Positions 14,501 through 33,658 of a stretch of DNA of 40,315 nucleotides are shown piece by piece. Below the pieces are notes generated by a model. It was not told the DNA's origin, did not search any database, and saw only the letters and a program-made list of their open reading frames with translations. This DNA is from Intoshia linei (taxonomy: Eukaryota; Animalia; Orthonectida), in NCBI GenBank assembly GCA_001642005.1, contig LWCA01000204.1:1-40315 (forward strand). The letters are read 5' to 3'. Position 1 is the first letter of the stretch, and the number at the start of each line of letters is the position of its first letter. The position numbers and the translations under genes were made by a program.

Positions 14501-17500
14501 TATATTGTTTATCAAGACAATGCATTTATTTTTACGGTAGATCGTATTTATCGAACTATTGGTGTCAGTTTACAGGAAAGGACGAATAGATTAATCAAAT
14601 TAAATAGATTGAATGAAGCAATTAGTTCTTTGGAAAAAAGTTCATTATACAATACTTTATCAAATGATGAAATTATTATGTTTAAAAGAAAAATTGATTT
14701 CGAAAAGGCGATAAACTATAAAATTAATGGAGATTATGATACTTCTTTTAATTATTTCAAATTATCTAAAGAGGGTGTTATACCCATTATGGACCATTTT
14801 GTTTATTTGCTAAAAAATTATGAATTATGTGATATTGAACATCTTATTGATATACAGGAAGTTAAATCAGAAGCACAAATGCTGATTGATTTTATGAATA
14901 ATCAGTACAAGATTAATCACAAGGTACATTTTTAATGTTTACATGTATATAGTTTTTAATTACATTCAAAATGTTTGGCTAATTTGGATTAACGAGGTTG
15001 AGTGACTCAACCTTATATTGAGTCCTACCAACTGGTATGAGTTTGTCGCTTTAAAAACAAAAAACAATTACTTTATTATTTAAATAATAATAATAATTTA
15101 TTACACATTCATCTAAAATAAATCATAAGTTCACATTTAACAATTATAATTACTTAGGAAAAGGTCTAATTATATCATTTTATTACCAATCCATTTTGTA
15201 GAATTTAATATATCAAACCTTAAAGGTTTTCAATGCTATAATGACTTTTATGTTATTTATTTATCATTGTTTTAGTTTAAGGTCGATAAAATTTGCTTAG
15301 ATACGAGTATAACCACCCTAACCACGAATTTAAAAAATGTTTCTATACGATCCGAAACACGACGATATGACCATGTTCGGATCGTGCCGAATCATAGTTT
15401 GGAAGATACTGTCAACGGTACTGAAAAAATTTAAGATACTTGTATATATTGTTATAAAAAAGAGATTTACTCTTCCTTTTTTTAAAGTATATTTGAAATT
15501 TTTATGTTTGGTCTTTTTTAAAATTTTTGAGCTTATGCGGCTTCCAATCGAAAAGGATTGGCAGCCCTGGTTCGACATTTGATACATTTTTTTTAATTTT
15601 TATACATGTTATATTTTGAGATATTGCACCAATTTAATATTTATTTATTTTATAGAAACTCTGTCATGCTTTATCGATGATTTTGAATATTCTTTATGAT
15701 CCTATTACATTAGAAAAAATGTTGTTATCATTATTCAAATTTTCAAATTTAACTAAAAATAAGCGAATATCTACATCTCGAAATAGATTACTAAATACAA
15801 AATCTGGAGAATTTAGATTATATGATGTGAGTATAATCAATAAGTATAAAGAATTTTTGAACGATGAAGTGACAGATATTGACATGTATCTAACTTTAAA
15901 TAAGCGCTATTATGCCCTGGCCTTAGTAAAATTGCTTCAAATGGATAATCATACTGCAATGGATACGTTATTACATTTTATCGAACTTGGCGACGTTTAT
16001 GACTTGCATGGAATATTGCTTGAAAAACTGGACACTGAAATTTTTATATCTATATTTGAAAAATTTGATGATTATTACTTTTTTAGTAAATATGCAATTA
16101 AAATTATTAACTATATGAAAATGGATGTAATGAAATTATTAATTATGCAAAATTATTCTAAATATGTAAATAATGTACCTACATCTGAAAATTCTACACA
16201 TTGGGATTATGAAGGAATTATTCAATATTTAACAGATTATCCAGAAATACAATCAAAATTTATCATGTTTTTGTATGATTCCCGTAAAATAATGGTTAGT
16301 CATTTTAATTTACTAATTTAAAATTTGTTAATAAATATGTGCCGTATAAAGGGGCTGGATCTACTGGGATGCAAGTTAAAATAGGCAATTTCAAAGTGTT
16401 GCATTAGTTTTTGGGCCGATTTTCTAAATTTCATCATAATTTCCAATGAATTTAATTTTTTACTAATATTACTAATATACATTGTACAATGTATATTACA
16501 ATGGATTCGAGAAATGTTTGGAAGGATGATTGTATTTACTATTTGTATATATTAATTTTAAATTAGTTTCCTGAAATTGTCACAAAGTATATCTTGTTGC
16601 ATATTGAAAAAAATGAGGAAGTTTCAACTATTAGAATGAATTTGTTTCTATATTTTTGTTTATTTTAATATATATTTAGAAATAATCTCTTGACGAAATG
16701 CATATTTGACGAAGAGTTGGATAATTATGACTCTGAAGTAGTGATGGATGCTTTGGAAAAGTTTGATCAATTTTTTATTGAAAAAGCTACAATTTTAGCG
16801 AAAAGAGAACAATTTAGAAAATCGCTGGATTTGCTACTTGAAAATAATTTTCCTATTGATGTTATAGAATTATTTTGCAAATTTATACTTTATCGCAAAA
16901 AGTATGAAAATTTACAAAATAGCAAAAGTATGTATTCACATCTGATTAGTTTGATCAAAATAAGGTTAATATTTATATTTATACAAGTTCTTATGAAATT
17001 AAACTGTGTCACTTTACTGATTTCATTATAACAGGTTGAACCCACCTTTTTATTTCGTGTCCAATGTCTTGGCTAATTGCAATTTCATCATATTTTAAAA
17101 ATTGTCTTTCAGATTCTTGAAAAATAATAATTATTACATTATGTTATAACTTATCAGTTATAACAGTTTATTATATCCTTATATAAAACTGAATGTCTGT
17201 CTTTAATTATTTATAATAATCTAATTAATAGTAATATTCAAACTACAAATTTTTAATTTCTTTCCAGTTTTCACACTAGTATTTGAAATAATTTCTTAAC
17301 AAAATATATATAGAAAATGTACGTTGTACAATGTATATTACATAGGAATAATCAGGACTTTGATAATTAGATAAGAACATATGATGGGTAATCTACTAAA
17401 TCTTGGGGAAACTGTTTTTTTCAAGGTTTTATATTATATAGTTAGTAACATATCGTGTAGATTCAATAGTGGATCCGAACCAAAAGAAAATTGTAGAGCC

Positions 17501-20500
17501 TATATATCAGCTGTTTGACACGGCTCGTGTCAAACTTGCGGCACGTTTCAAATTTAAGTACAAAATGAAAAATTGCGTAGCAATAAAATAAAATCCGAAG
17601 GAATTAATTTATAAGATTTCTAACCATATCTCTTTATTGTAAATGTGTAGACGTTTAATGTACATTTTTTTGAAATTGTAGGATGAATATTTAATTTACA
17701 TTAATCAAAAACTTTGAAAAATATGGATTGGTATTATATTATTTTTCACCGGGAATGAGTAGATTTTTGGGGTTGAAATTTTGTATTTATATCAAATAGA
17801 ATAAGTTGTATAATCTTTTTTTAATTGTAGGACTGTTAATTATTTCAAATTTTTTGGTTTAATAAAATATTTTCGAAATTAAAAAAATATAAATACTAAA
17901 GTGCTTTTTTGACCATGAAGGCGTCACTTTATCAGATTGAATTTTTTTGTGTGTTTATTGGGTATAACTATCAACTGTATTTTTTTGAAATTCTAGGACT
18001 ATTTTCATTTTTTAAAAAAAAGGAAATCTGGGGTTTTGGTCGTTGAAAAAAATGTGCTTTTTTGAGGTTTTCATTTATTATAATGCTTATGATTTTAAAA
18101 ACTATCCTAGAATTTATGTTTTATAAGATTTTAAGACATGTTTCATTTTTAAAACAAAGAGTCGTTTGGGATTTGACCATGAAGGTGTGCGTTTCTGAGG
18201 CTGAGATTAACGACAATGTTAACGATTTTAATACGCGTCCTAGAATCTATGTTTTATTAAATTTTTGGATTGATTTTTTTTAAACAAAAGGAGAAATTGG
18301 GTTTTTGATCCTGAACAACTCAAATTCGGAAACTGAAAAATAGATTTAAACACGCTCTGGGAAAAAGTGCACTCTCTTGTCACACTCAGTGCACTGTTAT
18401 TTGATCATTGTTTTATCAAAAGTGAATCACACAATTTAGTTCATATTTGATATTTCTTATACATTTAAATTGTATTTTAGAGGATTTCCAAAGCCAATCT
18501 TATTGAATTTAATTAACAAGTACGGCCATTATCTAGACTTTTGCGAAACTGTTAACCATGTCGAAAATACTTGCAATATTTCCGATATGAATCATTTTAT
18601 CACATCTACAATTTCTCTTATAAGAGCCCAACAAACTCGACAAAAATTTATGAATCTTCTGGTCGATAAAAATTTAGATTTAAATATAAATTTTCTTTCT
18701 CAAAAGAAAAAGAGAAGTTTCAAAGTAAACAACCAAAGGTAATTATTGATACGTGATCTTGCTATATAAGTATATATCAGCGGTTCCCAACATAATTCAC
18801 AGTTAGTACCCCTACAGCAGCGGTTCTCAACATACTTCACAGTTGGTACCCCTAAACTAAAAAAAATATGATTTAGTACCCCATAATTATTTCTAAATAT
18901 TGTAACTATGATACCATTTGAAAAAAATCAAATAAAATAAATAGTTAGTTAAAGTTTAACTTAAACTACGTTATCAAAAATAGATACATAAATGTATTAT
19001 GAAATTTTAAAAATATTTATAATTTATGAATCATAAAGTGTGAGTCATAGGATGAGACGAACTGGTACCCCTAGGGGGTACCAGTACCCAATTTGAGAAC
19101 CGCTGCCCTGCACTGAAAAAAAAAACGATTTGATACCCATAATAATTTAAATTTAGTGTAACTATGATACTGTATAAATTAAAAAAAAATGAAAATTGTT
19201 AACTCACTTGACCAAAAATGGATATCTGAAAAATCGTTAATGGTTGAACTGACGATATAGTGACTGTAGTAAATATCCATAGATATTGACTATTTACTAA
19301 AGATATATTGATACTATATGTTACTATACTGTCCAAGAATCTTAATTATTATTGTATAATTAAACACCTACTCGAATAATCGACTTCTTTACAGTGACGT
19401 ACATATATTTAATATGCAACCTTAAAATTGCAGAGAGTATCATATCGACGTAAATACATAAGGAACTAAGTATATTGTTACGAATTAATTTTTATTTTCT
19501 ATTATTTTTGGCAATTTAAAAAATATCTATAATTTATGAGTCATAATATCAGACGAACGGTACCCCAAAATAATTTATGGTGTCCTTAGGGGTTCCATTA
19601 CCCCATTTGGGAACCGCTGGTATATATGAATACTAGACCAGATCATTGATATATGAATAATTGTAAGAAGTAAAATAACGGGAACTCTTTTACTACAATC
19701 ATGTTATTTTTAAATCTATGTAGAAATCAAATTAATTAATTTTAAAATGATTTCTATCTACTATACTAGGGCTGGGCACAATATGACCCACCGATCATTT
19801 GACAGCGAAAAATGGTGCCCACCCTGTATTACAGATAATTTTCCATTGGATAGTGTTGGTGACGTGTACGTACGAAACGCACTAAAACTTTAATAATTAT
19901 TATTAATAATAAAAACAATTATAATTACAATATTGAAATGTAATTTTTTTTAAAAATAAAATCTGAAATTTTGTCACGAATGGGTTTGGAGCAGAGCCGT
20001 TTTAAGGCATGGGCAATATGGGATGTAGCCAAGGGCACTCATTAAAAAAGGCCCCAAATTAATAAAAGTACTTTACACTTATATCTTAAAAAGACGCCCC
20101 CAATTTATTAAACAATACTTCACATTTATATCTTAAACAGTTTTTAAGTTTTGAAGTGTGGGAATTCAAATAGTTTAAAGAATCAAAGTTCTGGTAAATA
20201 TTCAATTTAAAATATATTTTACAATGTTCATCATATAATATGACATAAAAACTGTTTCAAATAATAATATTAAACATTAAAACCATTCTATTAAGTGAAT
20301 ATTAAAAAAAGAAAATAGGAAATTTTTGATTTTCTCTTATTAATTTACTGAAAAGGGCCCGAAATTTTTTTTATCGCTTCGCTCAAAACTTTAAAGGGCC
20401 TCCGGTTCTTTGCTTAGCCCAGGGCCATGAAGTGGCTTAAGACAACTCTGGTTTGGAGAAGTCTATATATCTACAATATTAGTTTATTAAAGCTCAGTTT

Positions 20501-20704
20501 AAGTTAAAGGGATGCCTCAGTTTCATATCACTAAATTTGTGAAGATTATGCAATGTAAATTTTATATAATAAACACTTTTTAGCAAGTGCAGTGTATGTA
20601 AAGAAGTCTTTTACGAACCAATATTTATTTCTCAGTACAATCAACGTAATAACGCGATAAATTTGAAGCATTTATATTGTAACAATCTTAATTTAACCAA
20701 ATAA
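1303..20704 (+). CDS. TGFBRAP1: Giant TGFBRAP1/Vps3 (Vps39-family) protein with four CNH-like beta-propeller repeats, long disordered linker, alpha-solenoid and C-terminal Vps39_2-type zinc finger (about 2,642 aa, 23 exons)
   Basis: Phase-compatible exon chain: 1303-1350, 1477-1529, 1570-1645, 1682-1849, 1887-2000, 2083-2402, 2451-2528, 3147-4331, 4388-4528, 6369-6421, 7321-7328, 7388-7560, 7625-7732, 9166-10590, 10920-12420, 13398-13598, 13645-13869, 14252-14923, 15656-16294, 16567-16643, 16680-16964, 18481-18738, 20584-20704 (7,929 nt, no internal stop). Last exon KCSVCKEVFYEPIFISQY...HLYC resembles the TGFBRAP1/Vps39 C-terminal CxxC...F.EP.F...H..C finger; SLQERTNRLIKLNRLNEAISSLE matches the helix after the CNH domain; FFIEKATILAKREQFRKSLDLL is clathrin-repeat-like. 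TGFBRAP1 rather than VPS39 rests on the C-terminal motif only. Confidence 0.8.
5066..5744. mobile_element. hAT MITE inserted into another repeat
   Basis: TIRs CAGGCATTCTCA / TGAGAATGGCTG, subterminal GCTGTGGACCCC at both ends, degenerate TSD gcctagac/acctaaac; empty site seen at about 12900-12930. Confidence 0.75.
5745..5970 (+). repeat. Dispersed repeat family B copy
   Basis: ACGACCGCTACATT.TTATTTCAAAAA...AATAAAAAATACCATT...GAAAAATCCACTTAATC shared with 12912-13110. Confidence 0.75.
7764..8251. mobile_element. hAT-like MITE
   Basis: Imperfect TIRs CAGTGTTTCTTAGCC / GGTTGAGACACACTG; no clear TSD. Confidence 0.5.
9790..11045 (+). other. CNH-like repeat 2
   Basis: ITSLTCWDEGICLGYEDGTIELY...DIICFSTNENLYFLL...FLLSPDNMIILMDQLG...VIVVTTLNYI; boundaries approximate. 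Confidence 0.75.
11190..12130 (+). other. CNH-like repeat 3 (intronless)
   Basis: IKSFAIWDDGILTGSDSGILKLF...KTIRHICYSKSRKYFIIS...LCFLSK...KIACIATLAGSYSLV...FVLLSPDNTINIYDING...LLIVVAASTV; boundaries approximate. Confidence 0.75.
12738..13279. mobile_element. hAT (Charlie/Buster-like) MITE carrying repeat family B
   Basis: TIRs CAGTGGTTTC / GAGACCACTG; TSD ctctaaga/ctctagag, close to the NTCTAGAN Charlie target preference. Confidence 0.7.
13915..14206. mobile_element. hAT-like MITE
   Basis: TIRs CAGGGGTGTCA / TGACACCCTG with GC-rich subterminal GCGGTCC/GCGGACC motifs; TSD degraded. Confidence 0.6.
17700..18370. repeat. Dispersed repeat family A (Helitron-like non-autonomous element), copy 1
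   Basis: Shares long blocks (CACCGGGAAT..., TTTTGACCATGAAGG, GCTGAGATTAACGACAAT, GAAACTGAAAAATAGA...ACACGCTC) with 32358-32850, 37025-37285 and 39700-40110. Confidence 0.8.
18778..19619. mobile_element. hAT MITE (outer) with a self-nested copy
   Basis: TIRs CAGCGGTTCCCAA / TTGGGAACCGCTG; perfect 8-bp TSD gtatatat. Confidence 0.88.
18818..19105. mobile_element. hAT MITE (inner), same family as its host element
   Basis: TIRs CAGCGGTTCTCAA / TTGAGAACCGCTG; TSD ccctacag/ccctgcac; first 37 nt nearly identical to the outer element. Confidence 0.85.
19992..20450. mobile_element. hAT MITE
   Basis: TIRs CAGAGCCGTTTTAAG / CTTAAGACAACTCTG; perfect 8-bp TSD gtttggag. Confidence 0.85.
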
Positions 20705-20812
20705 ATGTATTTACATGTTTAAATTCCGATAAATGTCATTAAATTGTATTGATTTGTTGAAAATGAATTGATCAATTCTGTAAATATTGGAGTTGAGGTA
20801 AGGTATTTTGAT

Positions 20813-21187
20813 TTAAAGGATTTTATTAACATTCTTGTTCAAACGACGCATTTGCATTTTGCGTACAAAAAAAATTATTATAAATAATAAAAGGTATATA
20901 AGACAAGTGAAAAAGCAATTATTGGCTACGCCTTTGTATTTTTCTTCAATATATTCAATGTTATAATTTTGTTTTTTCCAGTTTTCATAATTGATAGGTA
21001 AATCATCAAAAAGCGCCATTGATTTTATATTAAAAAATAAACCAAGGAACGCCTAAAATAAATGAAAATGAAAGTAAACTGTTGAAAATTTACATCTCTC
21101 TAATTAATAAATTACCATCATAACAAATCCCCATAAGCTTATGACTGTAACAGCTACGAATAATTTGGTACCTATTATAAACCTCAT
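20813..21187 (-). CDS. RNASEK: Ribonuclease kappa / V-ATPase Vo subunit f, two-TM protein, 103 aa, 2 exons
   Basis: Exons 21187-21116 and 21052-20813 joined by a GT-AG intron give MRFIIGTKLFVAVTVISLWGFVMMAFLGLFFNIKSMALFDDLP...KYKGVANNCFFTCLIYLLLFIIIF, matching the RNASEK pattern (G.KL...S.WG..M...LG.FF...S..L..D.P...Y..V..NCF....Y). Confidence 0.9.
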
Positions 21188-21687
21188 CAATTGTATATAA
21201 AATCAATATAAAGAAATAAACTATATCTTCCAAGCAATAATGTTATTAGTTTCAGTATTTAGTGCAATGTGTACACAAGTCAGCAAAAACTAAATCTATA
21301 TGAAATGTGCAAATTTACAAATAAACATAAAATATTAAGATTTATTCGATATTGATATCGATAGTGACAAATAAATGATTATTGATCAGTATTGAAATCT
21401 AAATAAAAATTATAATACTGGATATATGTATCTTGGATATCTTCGTATTAATGAGAATTTAAAATTTTCAGTTTGAATGACAAATTTTGATTATTTTCAA
21501 TTAAAGCAATTATAACTACATTATATAACAAGGTACCTTTTTTAAACTAACTATTGAAATTTATCCATCACGTATTTACATATTTAAAGTTTGTCAGAAA
21601 TTTAAAATATTATTTAATCGTATGTTTTTTTTACATTATAGTTGTCAGAAGTACGCTGAATATTTTATTTTTTAGACTGAAAAATTT
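21188..21687. promoter_or_regulatory. Putative bidirectional promoter between RNASEK and SMURF
   Basis: Head-to-head start codons 500 nt apart; a DRE-like palindrome TATCGATA at 21356-21363 is weak evidence in AT-rich DNA; probable SMURF 5' UTR intron (donor about 21533, acceptor 21675). Confidence 0.45.
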
Positions 21688-29234
<7,547 letters not shown>

Positions 29235-29347
29235 TACACCACCTTAGTTTATTATACATAATACCTTAATTTGTACAAAAGTATCATAAATTTAATTAAT
29301 TGTTTATTTTTTTTATTGTACATTATTTTCAATTAATACGCCATAAT

Positions 29348-31774
<2,427 letters not shown>

Positions 31775-32169
31775 TTTTATTTTATTTCATTTTTTATTAT
31801 TATAGGTTAATATATTATAATTAAATATTTGTCATTATATTGTGTATAATTTTAATTGTTACTATAAACAGTGTCATTTATCCATTGTGGTTACCATTCC
31901 TATTTATTTTTTTAATAACTACATTTTTTAAGAGATATCTCTTGTCAATATGGTTCAGAAGAGAGCCATGAAAGGTTTATATTTTCCAACTTGAACTTAT
32001 CATTGATAAGTGCTCGCGTATATGATTGAAAACAGAGACATGTATATTAGTCACGATTCAAAGCATATATAAATCAATAATGTTCAAAATAATCTAATTT
32101 GTGCAGGACCATGGACTCCATGACATGGAGTGTCAGTTAGATGAAATTAAAATAGTCATCAATATAGAA

Positions 32170-33113
32170 CAGTGATTCATGATTCAAATAGTGTATTTCA
32201 AAACCCAATTTCAAAATATTTTTTATTTTTGGACCCCAATGGAAACATGAAATATAAAACATTTATGAAAAAATTATAGGTTTTTTCTCATACTATTTAG
32301 TAAAATCGTGTTTTTCAACAAAATATTGGAAAAAAGGGGACTTTTCTATTAAGGGTTGGTAACTGTACCATCTGTAATTTTTTTTTAAATTCTAGGGTTG
32401 TTTTCATTTAAAAAAAAATGGTAATGTGGGGTTTTGATCGTAAACATTATTTTTTTGTAAGGTTTCTATTTATAACAATGTTTATGATCTTAAAAACTAT
32501 CCCAGAATTTATGTTTAAAAAAAATTTAGGATATCTTTCATTTTTAACACAAAGGGTAATTTGGAGTTTTGACCAAGAAGGTATGCGTTTCTAAGGCTGA
32601 GATTAACGACAATCTTAATGCTTTTAAAACGTGTTCCAGAATGTATGTTTTATTTAATTTTTGTGTAGATTATGGGCTGATTGTTTTTTTAAACAAAAGG
32701 GGAAATTGGGTTTTAGACCATGAAAAACTCAAATTCTGAAACTGAAAAATAGATAAAAACACGCTCAGGTAAAAACTGTATTAGAAATTTAGTTTTTTTT
32801 AATAAATGGTTACACACACACAAACATTCATTTTTATATAAGTAAAGGATTTGTATGAATCGTTAGGTTCAGTGATATCATTAATTCTATAAAATAAATT
32901 TATGATTAGCTCGACTTTCGACAATAAAAGTTGTCGATTTGTAATTTATGAGAAAGTTATAGTTTTTAGTATAAAATCATCACTGAACTAATAAAAATTC
33001 TTTTTTGATTGAACGTTTATATATTTTATATATTTTGAAGTGAGGCCCGGAATTTCTTAAGTGTGCTCTTAAGTAAAAATGGGCCTAACATAAAAAAAAG
33101 TTGGGAAACACTG
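32170..33113. mobile_element. Composite hAT-bounded element containing family B (inverted) and family A sequence
   Basis: Ends CAGTGATTC / GGAAACACTG, TSD atatagaa/atatacaa; 32205-32358 is the reverse complement of about 13100-13245; 32358-32850 matches 17965-18370. Confidence 0.6.
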
Positions 33114-33658
33114 ATATACAACATGTAACGGTTTTGTGAGTATTTCTCAAAGTATTTCTAACGGGTTCCCATTTTCTGTTAACAAATAAGATTTTTGATT
33201 TTTTTAAAATACAATTCAATGTAATTGTATGAAAACTAATATTTCCTTGATCTTAATGTCATCTTCCCATCTGGATAAAGACCTATCTGATAAGGATTCG
33301 ACATTCAACAAGTCGGAATCATGAAATAAAATATTATCAATTAAAATGATCGCGACACCGTAAAAATCTTATGGTAGCCAGTCACGCGTTCCACGTAAAG
33401 TGTTCTTTGGGACGCCGTTCATGGACTGTCACTTAACAAACACAGAATCTGAATCGTTTTAATTCAAAATTTTACCCGTGAACATAAAAAATTAATTTAA
33501 ATGTACCTTTAATTTATTTATTTTAATTACAAATTACAAAACAGTAGAATAAATTTAACTTTATCAAATTTACAAAAGAATTTATTTTTTTAATTATATA
33601 TTACAGTTCTGTGGTTGAATTGATTTGCATAGTTAAATTTGGAATTGTGATTATAATT

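Larger units (their letters stand above)
12235..14560 (+). other. CNH-like repeat 4, directly before the alpha-solenoid (canonical position)
   Basis: ITAVEIWKVGLCVGFKDGSLKLC...ITFLTNRR...KFACIATDDGFYSIV...PPIGNYSSNFITLTTESMLVVVDHNG...LMIIVNFNSI; boundaries approximate. Confidence 0.75.

Noticed and set aside
16621-16679. Apparent missing donor after ATTAG, suggesting a non-canonical intron
   Set aside because: A canonical phase-2 GT at 16644 gives a 36-nt intron and a sensible IRMNLNNLL junction
31858-31905. RFX X-box-like half sites (GTTACTAT, GTTACCAT) upstream of the ciliary gene TTLL9
   Set aside because: Second halves do not match the RRNRAC consensus; plausible but unsupported
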